DNA from: Microcystis aeruginosa NIES-843 | GTDB lineage: Bacteria > Cyanobacteriota > Cyanobacteriia > Cyanobacteriales > Microcystaceae | Length of the DNA: 32,000 nucleotides | Assembly: GCF_000010625.1 (NCBI RefSeq) | Contig: NC_010296.1 | Coordinates: 4,230,001-4,262,000 of the forward strand | Direction of reading: 5' to 3' | Position numbers and translations under genes: made by a program | Shown: positions 9,680-16,581 of the stretch, piece after piece | How the letters are laid out: the number at the start of each line of letters is the position of its first letter | Position numbering within the stretch: the stretch's first letter is position 1 | The notes under the pieces: model-generated | The model's input: only the letters and a program-made list of their open reading frames with translations | What the model was told of the DNA's origin: nothing | Database searches by the model: none

Positions 9680-9920
9680 TAGGTAGGCGTTAAAAGTTGT
9701 CAGACACCCCCCTTATCAAGGGGGGCAGGGGGGATCCCCCCGCCTATCGGCACCCCCCTTATTAAGGGGGGATTAAGGGGGGATCCCCCCGCCTATCGGC
9801 ACCCCCCTTATCAAGGAGGGCAGGGGGGATCCCCCCGCCTATCGGCACCCCCCTTATCAAGGGGGGCAGGGGGGATCGAACCTAAAATCCATTTTTAATT
9901 TAATTATAACCAGCTACTTA
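9680..9920. mobile_element. Family-B MITE copy B1 (its left tip is at 7989-7997, split off by the IS), with an internal tandem expansion
   Basis: It shares AGTAGGTAGGCGTTAAAA...GGGGGGATCGAACCTAAAATCCATTTTTAATTTAATTATAACCAGCTACTT with the copies at 21403-21526 and 23049-23149. About 3.7 tandem units of 46-49 bp (9705-9875) each contain the hairpin CCCCCCTTATCAAGGGGGG. Confidence 0.85.
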
Positions 9921-9932
9921 ACTTATACCACG

Positions 9933-11846
9933 ATGTCGAAAAAAGCGAAAGGATTCGGTCAGTCGCCAACTCCCACGAGAAAATTTAAGGATTTTCTCCT
10001 TGCTTTTGGGGATTTTTATCGAAAAAATTCCAGAGATGAAACGAAGCTACAGCAATTTTTAAAAGCAAATATTAATAAATTAGATGATTTACTTTTAGAC
10101 GCTTTACCTTTAGTCTTCACAAGCTTAATCGCCGATAAATCAATAAACGAGCGAGAAATAATAGCCAGCCTTTTCGAGAATTTTGCTGTCACCATTTACA
10201 AGTTTCCGTTAGGCGATCGAGCAACAAATTTAGAATTAAGTATTACTGCTCATAATCTCAGCCTAAAAATTTACACCCGCGAAGATTCCCCCGAAGATTG
10301 GGCGGGAACCCTGAATAACCTCGCTGTCGCTTGCAAAAACAGAATACTGGGCGACAGGGCTGAGAATCTAGAAAGGGCGATCGAACTGTACGGGCAAGCT
10401 TTAGAAGTTAGAACCCGCAAGAATTTCCCTGAAAATTGGGCAGCAACCCTCAATAACCTCGCTATCGCTTACAGTAATCGAATTCGGGGCGATCGGGCTG
10501 ATAATCTGGAGAAAGCGATCGAACTGTACGAGCAAGCTTTAGAAGTTAGAACCCGCAAAAATTTCCCCGTAGATTGGGCGGGAACCCTCAATAACCTCGC
10601 TCTCGCTTACAGCGATCGAATTCGGGGTGATCGGGCTGATAATCTGGAGAAAGCGATCGAACTGTACGGGCAAGCTTTAGAAATCTATACCCGCAAGAAT
10701 TTCCCCGTCGATTTGGCAAGAATCCTCAATAACCTTGCCCTCGCTTACAGTAATCGAATACTGGGCGATCGAGCGGAAAATCTGGAGAAAGCGATCGAAC
10801 TGTACGGGCAAGCTTTAGAAATCTATACCCGCAAGAATTTCCCCGTCGATTTGGCAAGAATCCTCAATAACCTTGCCCTCGCTTACAGTAATCGAATACT
10901 GGGCGATCGGGCGGAAAATCTAGAGAAAGCGATCGAACTGTACGGGCAAGCGTTAGAAGTCTATACCCGCGAGAATTTCCCCGAAAATTGGGCGATAAGT
11001 CAGCATAATTTGGCCAATGCCTATCGCGAGCGAGTTTTAGGAGAGCGGAAGGACAATTTAGAACGGGCGATCGATCTCTACAATCAAGCCGCTCAAATCT
11101 TTACTCGCGCCGCGTTTCCCGTGCAATGGGCGGGGAATCAAGGGGATTTGGCAGAAGCTTTGATGCAACGGGATAACCCCGGCGATCTCGATACTGCGAT
11201 CGCTCTACTTCAAGAAGCTCTAGAAGTCTCCCCCGCAGGTTGTCAAGATTTTATTGACTCTCAATACCGATTAGGAATAGCTCTTTCTCAAAGGTACGAT
11301 CGCGACAAAAATTTCGACGATCTCCGACAGGCTTTAGAAGCTTATAAAACCGCCCTAGATCTGATTAGTCCCGAACATTACGATCGAAAAGATATCTGGA
11401 AGGCGCTGCCCACTACCCAAACCATTCTCGGTAGTCGTCTGGTGCGGGATGGCGAATGGCAGCAAGGGTTACAACTGTTGTTAAATAGCGTCAATCAACT
11501 TAGCACCAGTGACGATCGCCTAGCCCATGCGAACGCGCTCTACCACACCGGCCGCGCCTACGAAGTTCTGTCCGATCGAGAGAAAGCCCGTCTCTACTAT
11601 CGCGATGCCCTGCGTTGGTACGAATATTTACAGGATTTACCCGGAATCGCTAAAAGTCGCACCGGATTGGGGAATGTTTTCGTATCCCAAGGACATCTAG
11701 AGAAAGGAATGAAGGAACTCGATCGAGCGAAGGCAATCTACCGACAACTACCACAGACCGATCCCGATAAAGTGGAGGAGATAGACATTATTTATCAAGC
11801 TTCTCGACGGGCGATCGAACGACAAACCAGCGAGGTATATATATGA
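9933..11846 (+). CDS. TPR-array protein (46-aa repeats of the type found N-terminal to CHAT domains, but with no CHAT or other effector domain)
   Basis: 637 aa. At least 6 tandem 46-aa units (FPxxWAxTLNNLAxAYxxRIxGDRAxNLEKAIELYxQALEVxTR) span 10293-11120, followed by further degenerate TPRs to the C-terminus. The stop overlaps the next gene's start (ATGA). Confidence 0.85.
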   Translation: MSKKAKGFGQSPTPTRKFKDFLLAFGDFYRKNSRDETKLQQFLKANINKLDDLLLDALPLVFTSLIADKSINEREIIASLFENFAVTIYKFPLGDRATNLELSITAHNLSLKIYTREDSPEDWAGTLNNLAVACKNRILGDRAENLERAIELYGQALEVRTRKNFPENWAATLNNLAIAYSNRIRGDRADNLEKAIELYEQALEVRTRKNFPVDWAGTLNNLALAYSDRIRGDRADNLEKAIELYGQALEIYTRKNFPVDLARILNNLALAYSNRILGDRAENLEKAIELYGQALEIYTRKNFPVDLARILNNLALAYSNRILGDRAENLEKAIELYGQALEVYTRENFPENWAISQHNLANAYRERVLGERKDNLERAIDLYNQAAQIFTRAAFPVQWAGNQGDLAEALMQRDNPGDLDTAIALLQEALEVSPAGCQDFIDSQYRLGIALSQRYDRDKNFDDLRQALEAYKTALDLISPEHYDRKDIWKALPTTQTILGSRLVRDGEWQQGLQLLLNSVNQLSTSDDRLAHANALYHTGRAYEVLSDREKARLYYRDALRWYEYLQDLPGIAKSRTGLGNVFVSQGHLEKGMKELDRAKAIYRQLPQTDPDKVEEIDIIYQASRRAIERQTSEVYI

Positions 11847-13084
11847 CAAGTGCCGATGATCTTTTTAAGCAATCCTCTGACAATATCCAACGGTTAGGAC
11901 TGAAGGAAATCCCCTTTACCGAAAGCCCGATCGATTTAAACAGCGATACCCTCGATCGTGTTTTTACCGGGCGACAAAATGAATTGCGACGGGTGTTTAA
12001 TCTGTTCCAAAGTCGCGAGCGTCGTCGGATTCTGGTTTCCGGTCGTTTAGGAATCGGCAAAAGTGCTTTTTTACTGGAAGTATTGTCGGTTATGCGCCGC
12101 AATCGTCCGCAAATGTTGACTACCTATATATCTCTACCCGCAGGTTTAGATATCGCCACTACAGCACTGATCGCCCTCGCTAGAGCGATGCCAAATGACG
12201 ATTGGGCGCAGCGTCAGCTTTATCAGATGGGAATTCCCACCGCCAAAGTGTTAAAAGAACGCGGGGCGGAAGTGGGGGCTAATGCAATCCTTACGGGTAA
12301 ACTTACCGAGAAAGATTTACCGCCCACGAAATTTCAATATCCGACTGTGAGCTTCGATACATTGTTAGAGCGGGCGCAAAAAATATATCCGCAGGGGATT
12401 CTGATCGCGATCGATGATCTAGATAAACAAAATCCTAGTGTGGTACGGCAAATGATGCACGACGCGCAGGGAATGTTAAAAGGTCGGGCTTGGTTTATGC
12501 TGACGGCCCACCCCATCGGGATGACGGGAGATTTATTAACCAGTGAACGCGGTTTATTTGACTTGCATTTGCCACTAGAAGAACTAGATGCCGATACCAC
12601 ATACCAGATGTTAATTAACTATCTCAAAAGTGCCAGAATTAACAACGATTGTACCGATCCGAAAGATGACAGGTGTGTACTTCCCTTTTTACCAGATGCG
12701 GCAAGACGTTTTTGCAAGGTTTCTCTCGGCAGACCCCGTTTGTTCAACCGCTTGGGAAATATTGTACTCTCCACCGCGGCCGATCTTCAGGTTAAAACGA
12801 TCACGATGGAAGTTCTCGAAAAAGGATTAAAAGCAGCCGAACAGGATTTCCGACAACAAGCGGCCTTAAACGCCAAAGAGGAAAGAATTCGTCTGCTTTT
12901 GCAACGCAAAGGTAATATCTCCGACGATTCGATCACCATCGATGAGCTTGAAAGTTTAGGTTTTCGGGCATTTAGTGATATTTTGCCCTTTCTAGAAAGA
13001 TTGGAAGAAGCTGATCTAGCTCAAAGGTTAAATCAAGAGGATGTGACGGTTTTCGAGCCGATCCTTCTCCCTCCGGCGGATTGA
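11843..13084 (+). CDS. P-loop NTPase, STAND/ORC-Cdc6-like (AAA_16/Arch_ATPase-like)
   Basis: 413 aa. FTGRQNEL precedes Walker A GRLGIGKS (12041-12064). Walker B is ILIAIDDLD (~12398-12424). The helical C-terminal third is plausibly a winged helix. There is a 4-bp ATGA overlap with the TPR gene. Confidence 0.75.
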   Translation: MTSADDLFKQSSDNIQRLGLKEIPFTESPIDLNSDTLDRVFTGRQNELRRVFNLFQSRERRRILVSGRLGIGKSAFLLEVLSVMRRNRPQMLTTYISLPAGLDIATTALIALARAMPNDDWAQRQLYQMGIPTAKVLKERGAEVGANAILTGKLTEKDLPPTKFQYPTVSFDTLLERAQKIYPQGILIAIDDLDKQNPSVVRQMMHDAQGMLKGRAWFMLTAHPIGMTGDLLTSERGLFDLHLPLEELDADTTYQMLINYLKSARINNDCTDPKDDRCVLPFLPDAARRFCKVSLGRPRLFNRLGNIVLSTAADLQVKTITMEVLEKGLKAAEQDFRQQAALNAKEERIRLLLQRKGNISDDSITIDELESLGFRAFSDILPFLERLEEADLAQRLNQEDVTVFEPILLPPAD

Positions 13085-13138
13085 AGGGAAAACGAAAATA
13101 CACCGGCAAAAATCGATCGCCGTTCCCAGAAAAATCCT

Positions 13139-13435
13139 TTAAGGATTTGGGATCGATCGCACCAGCAGAGTCAGAATACTGGTTAATACTGCCACTACCA
13201 CGGGAATAATCAACGATTTTGCTCCCTTAAGGTCCGATACATCCTGAATTAAAGCGTCCTGTGTTCCCTCTACTTTTTCCAATCGCCTATCAATACTTTT
13301 GAGTTCGGTTTTCACCTCGGCCATATCTACTTTTAGATCGGTGACATCTTTCTGTAAAGAGTCTAATTTTTCCGTGATATTTGTCAGGATAATTTCTAGG
13401 GAATTGGTGACGGGGGATTGACTCATCTGAATTTC
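13139..13435 (-). CDS. Tail-anchored coiled-coil mini-protein (paralog 1)
   Basis: 95 aa from MSQSPVTNSLEII..., with heptad-like coiled coil (LDSLQKDVTDLKVDMAEVKTELKSIDRRLEKVEG). The C-terminal TM segment is SLIIPVVVAVLTSILTLLV. It is a paralog of 14538-14831, sharing the DxSDLKGAKSLIIPV block. The track ORF extends to a TTG at 13537. Confidence 0.65.
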   Translation of the reverse strand, partial: EIQMSQSPVTNSLEIILTNITEKLDSLQKDVTDLKVDMAEVKTELKSIDRRLEKVEGTQDALIQDVSDLKGAKSLIIPVVVAVLTSILTLLVRSIPNP

Positions 13436-13533
13436 GGGGAATATTCGATCGCCTAGTAATATTGTAGGCTGATAATCGTTATTGGTAATTCTGTGATCTT
13501 TCGGGAGTGACGGAATTACAGCGATCGCATTGA

Positions 13534-13740
13534 TCAAATATCTTCTTCAGAAAGTCCCGCTTGTTTCAAAAAATGCTTGAGTAATCCGATTTTTAAATCC
13601 TGATTTCCGTGAATCGGCACAGAGATACGGGTGGGATTATCCGGCTGACAGTAAATGTGATGGCTACCTTGAATTCTCAATAATTCCCATCCGTGACGCT
13701 CTAAAATTTTGGCGAACTTTTTCCCAGAAATCGATTTCAT
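13534..13740 (-). CDS. hicA: HicA mRNA-interferase toxin
   Basis: 68 aa from MKSISGKKFAKILERHGWELLRIQGSHHIY...VPIHGNQDLKIGLLKHFLKQAGL, the classic HicA pattern. There is an ATGA overlap with hicB. Confidence 0.9.
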   Translation of the reverse strand: MKSISGKKFAKILERHGWELLRIQGSHHIYCQPDNPTRISVPIHGNQDLKIGLLKHFLKQAGLSEEDI

Positions 13741-13940
13741 ATCGCTATCTCTAGAATCCGAGTTTTCGGATCGGTCGGCAAGGATTCCACATCTATGGAT
13801 AGACAACCTTCGATCGCCTCGTGTAAATTCTCTAGTAGTTCCTCGAAAGTTTCTGCTTGGGTGGCACAGCCGGGGAGCGCCGGGACTTCCCCCCAGAAGC
13901 CACCTTCCTCCGCCTCGTGAACGATAACTTTCATTTTCAT
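13737..13940 (-). CDS. hicB: HicB-family antitoxin (UPF0150)
   Basis: 67 aa. The pattern VIVHEAEEGGFWGEVPALPGCATQAETFEELLENLHEAIEGCL is typical of short HicB proteins. Confidence 0.88.
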   Translation of the reverse strand: MKMKVIVHEAEEGGFWGEVPALPGCATQAETFEELLENLHEAIEGCLSIDVESLPTDPKTRILEIAI

Positions 13941-14057
13941 TGCTTATCTCCTAGATCGATCAATGGGAGGGATAGATAGATAAATTATCACCACCCCTAA
14001 AATCTAACATTTCTACGGGGTTGTGTAAATAATCAGTCTTCAATAACTGGATTTAGT

Positions 14058-14291
14058 CTAAATATTGTAGGCTGTTTTTGTAGGTGATGCAATCCTTACC
14101 AACTGACGACATTCTGTTTTAATGGCTTGTTGTAGTTCTTGTGCCTCTGAATCGCTTAAAATGCCTGAAAAATTGGCCAGAGGATGACTGTTGCCTGTTG
14201 CCTGAACTCGATGTAAAAAATCTAATACGGTTTCTATTAGATCATCAGGTGCTTGTTCGAGTTCTTGAATTAATTGTTGACGATGGTTCAT
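14058..14291 (-). CDS. Orphan DUF2281-like antitoxin (no cognate toxin)
   Basis: The N-terminus QQLIQELEQAPDDLIETVLDFLHRVQA resembles antitoxins normally paired with PIN/VapC toxins. Only 117 bp separate it from hicB, so no toxin ORF fits. The 3' end contains the recombination-prone motif AATATTGTAGGCTG, also present at 13457-13470 and 14431-14444. Confidence 0.6.
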   Translation of the reverse strand: MNHRQQLIQELEQAPDDLIETVLDFLHRVQATGNSHPLANFSGILSDSEAQELQQAIKTECRQLVRIASPTKTAYNI

Positions 14292-14304
14292 AGACAGTCT
14301 TAAC

Positions 14305-14403
14305 GAGTAATACAGTAAATGTGATGGCTACCTTGAATTCTCAATGACGCTCTCAAATTTTGGCGAACTTTTTCCCAGAAATAGATCTTAATTGACTCAT
14401 CTG
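14305..14403 (-). pseudogene. hicA remnant fused to the start codon region of the coiled-coil gene
   Basis: 14309-14341 and 14342-14384 match hicA 13649-13681 and 13696-13735, with an internal deletion. 14388-14500 matches 13420-13520, including ATGAGTCAAT. The frame is broken. Confidence 0.8.
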
Positions 14404-14537
14404 AATTTCGGAGATTATTCGATCGCCTAGTAATATTGTAGGCTGATAATCGTTGCCGTTGCCTCTGGATTGGTAATTCTGCCATCTTTCGGGAGTGATA
14501 GAATGCGAAGTATCCCCCGCAACAAGGAATTTAGTTT

Positions 14538-14831
14538 ATGAGTCAATCGGGAGAAACCGTCACCTATTCCCTAGAAGCCATCCTGACGCGGATCGAGGGA
14601 AAGATCGATCGAATCGATGATCGCCTGACAAAACTAGAGGTAGGACAGGCAAAATTAATCGAGAAAGTCGAGGGAATGGATAAGCGGTTAGAAAGGCTAG
14701 AAAACGAACAATCGGGGCTAGTTAAGGATATATCCGATTTAAAAGGGGCGAAATCGCTGATTATCCCCGTAACCGTCGCGATTATTACCGCCATACTCAC
14801 GGTTTTCCTTCGCTCTTTACCCTCTCCCTAG
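14538..14831 (+). CDS. Tail-anchored coiled-coil mini-protein (paralog 2)
   Basis: 97 aa: MSQSGETVTYSLEAILTRIEGKIDRIDDRLTKLEVGQAKLIEKVEGMDKRLERLENEQSGLVKDISDLKGAKSLIIPVTVAIITAILTVFL. Same architecture and C-terminal block as 13139-13435. Confidence 0.7.
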   Translation: MSQSGETVTYSLEAILTRIEGKIDRIDDRLTKLEVGQAKLIEKVEGMDKRLERLENEQSGLVKDISDLKGAKSLIIPVTVAIITAILTVFLRSLPSP

Positions 14832-14952
14832 ACGAATCGCGCCCGGCCTAGAAATTGCCAAGTGTAGCGGAACGAGCGCCAGCTGGCGGGGGTTAGGGAG
14901 ATGGGCAGAAATTCCTTTTCCATTCGCCCGCAGGTAAGCTGTTGACTATCTA

Positions 14953-15165
14953 GGGTCTGCTGAATAAATCTAAAAACCTTGTTGGATAAAACTTTTAGAC
15001 TTTTTTTTCCTCAAAAAGTGCCAGCCGTTGCGGGGATCGGGGGGAAAATTCAGGTACTTTTTCCCTGAAAATTAGGTAATTGACTACCTCAAAATCGGTA
15101 AAACCCCACACCCCACACCCCACACCCCACACCCTGCCCCCAGGAAAAGCTTTTTCAGCAAACCC
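14953..15165 (+). mobile_element. Family-A MITE copy A2 (213 bp)
   Basis: Termini are GGGTCTGCTGAA...TTCAGCAAACCC. The 6-bp TSD TATCTA lies at 14947-14952 and 15166-15171. Same orientation as the IS. The C-rich octamers (CCCCACAC)n lie at 15104-15140. Confidence 0.9.
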
Positions 15166-15303
15166 TATCTAAATTACTGGTTAAGACTGTCTATGAGTGC
15201 CGGAGTTGGGAGCGGGGAGAGGTAGTTCGAGCATTTGTACTAAACTTTTCAAGACGCGGTTTCAAGGCAGTACAGCTTATCTATACCAGGATTTCGGCAA
15301 AAC

Positions 15304-16581
15304 ATGAAAATTATCGCCTACACCTATACCAATCCCCTGCTTGATAGTCCCCCCGATGCCTCGATTTCGACCTATTCTCCCGAACAAGTGTATCAGGATT
15401 TTGGCGATCGCTCACAACGGCAGCAACTGCTCCGCGATTGTCAAGGAACTCCCCCCCGACTGCTGATCCTGCGTCGTCTAGCAGAATTGGGAGACAATGG
15501 CACAGAAGTTAGCAAAATTTTACAATCCTTAGAAGCCCTCGACATAGATATAATTGCCCTAGAAGACCCAGATTATAAGCTGAATTTTGCCAAGATTCTG
15601 CAAGAAATATCAAAAAACGAACTAAGTAACCGTTTAAAAGCAGGTCACGCTCACAATCGTCTGCAAGCTTTGCCTCCCCCCGGAAAAGCACCCTACGGTT
15701 ATCGTCGTGGCAAGGAGCGTTATATACTCGATCGCAGTACCGCGCCGGTAGTCAAAGACTTTTTTGATCGCTTTTTGATTTCTGCTTCCCTGCGTTCCAC
15801 GGTGCGCTATATAGAAAAACGCTATGGTAAGAAGATATCGGTAGCTACTGCCCATAAATGGCTGACTAATCCCGTTTATCGCGGCGATTTGTGCTATCTC
15901 GGTCAATATATTATCCCCGATACCCACACCCCGATTATCTCCCGGGAAGAAGCGGCCCAGATCGATCGCATCCTGAGAAATAATCGCAAATTACCCCCCC
16001 GCAGTGCCAGCGCCCCGCGTTCCTTAGCGGGTTTAGTCGTCTGTAGTCAATGTCAATCGGGGATGACGATTACCAAAGTGACGGCGCGAGGAAAGGGCCT
16101 AGAATACCTCTATTTGCGACCTTTGCAATGTCCCCGGACAAAAAAATGTTCGGCGATCGCTTATGAGAAAATTCTCGATAGCACAATCGAGCGCATTTGT
16201 CAAGACCTACCACCGACGATCGCTCAGATATCTTTACCGGATTTAGAGGGGATCAAACGGGGAATGAGCGAGGAAATAGGGCAAAAAAACGATATTTTGT
16301 CCCAATTGCCCTCCCTAGAAGCGGCGGGAATTTTAGATCAAGAAACGGCTAATCTACGGGCCTATAAACTGAAAAACGAGATCGCGCAGATTCAAGGACG
16401 TTTAGACCAATTACCCCCGGATAACCTGACTATTATCGCTCGTGCCGTTGCTTTTCCGCAATTTTGGCGAGATTTATCGGAAATCGAGCGCCGTTTTTAT
16501 TTTCGCGAGTTTATCCGTCGCATCGAAATCGAGAGAGAAACGGCTAACAATTGGCATTTACGTTTAATCTTCGTTTTTTAA
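15304..16581 (+). CDS. Large-serine-recombinase homologue with non-canonical (probably inactive) catalytic domain
   Basis: 425 aa. The recombinase domain (PPGKAPYGYRRGKERYILD...WLTNPVYRGD), a Cys-rich zinc-ribbon-like segment (CSQCQSG...CPRTKKC) and a coiled coil are all present. The N-terminus reads MKIIAYTYTNPLL where Y-x-R-V-S-T is expected, and RRLAELGDN sits where LDRLGR is expected. Confidence 0.75.
   Translation: MKIIAYTYTNPLLDSPPDASISTYSPEQVYQDFGDRSQRQQLLRDCQGTPPRLLILRRLAELGDNGTEVSKILQSLEALDIDIIALEDPDYKLNFAKILQEISKNELSNRLKAGHAHNRLQALPPPGKAPYGYRRGKERYILDRSTAPVVKDFFDRFLISASLRSTVRYIEKRYGKKISVATAHKWLTNPVYRGDLCYLGQYIIPDTHTPIISREEAAQIDRILRNNRKLPPRSASAPRSLAGLVVCSQCQSGMTITKVTARGKGLEYLYLRPLQCPRTKKCSAIAYEKILDSTIERICQDLPPTIAQISLPDLEGIKRGMSEEIGQKNDILSQLPSLEAAGILDQETANLRAYKLKNEIAQIQGRLDQLPPDNLTIIARAVAFPQFWRDLSEIERRFYFREFIRRIEIERETANNWHLRLIFVF

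Noticed and set aside
9705-9875. Regular GC-rich repeats that superficially resemble a CRISPR array
   Set aside because: The units are directly contiguous (46-49 bp) with no unique spacers, and they are an expansion of the hairpin core of the family-B MITE. No cas genes are nearby. The same reasoning applies to the 70-bp repeat pair at 1-160.
13436-13537. Longer 132-aa form of coiled-coil paralog 1, starting at a TTG that overlaps the hicA stop
   Set aside because: Paralog 2 and the duplicated remnant at 14391-14403 both begin at ATGAGTCAAT, and the extra 37 residues have no counterpart. The short form is preferred, although coupling to hicA via the TTGA overlap cannot be excluded.
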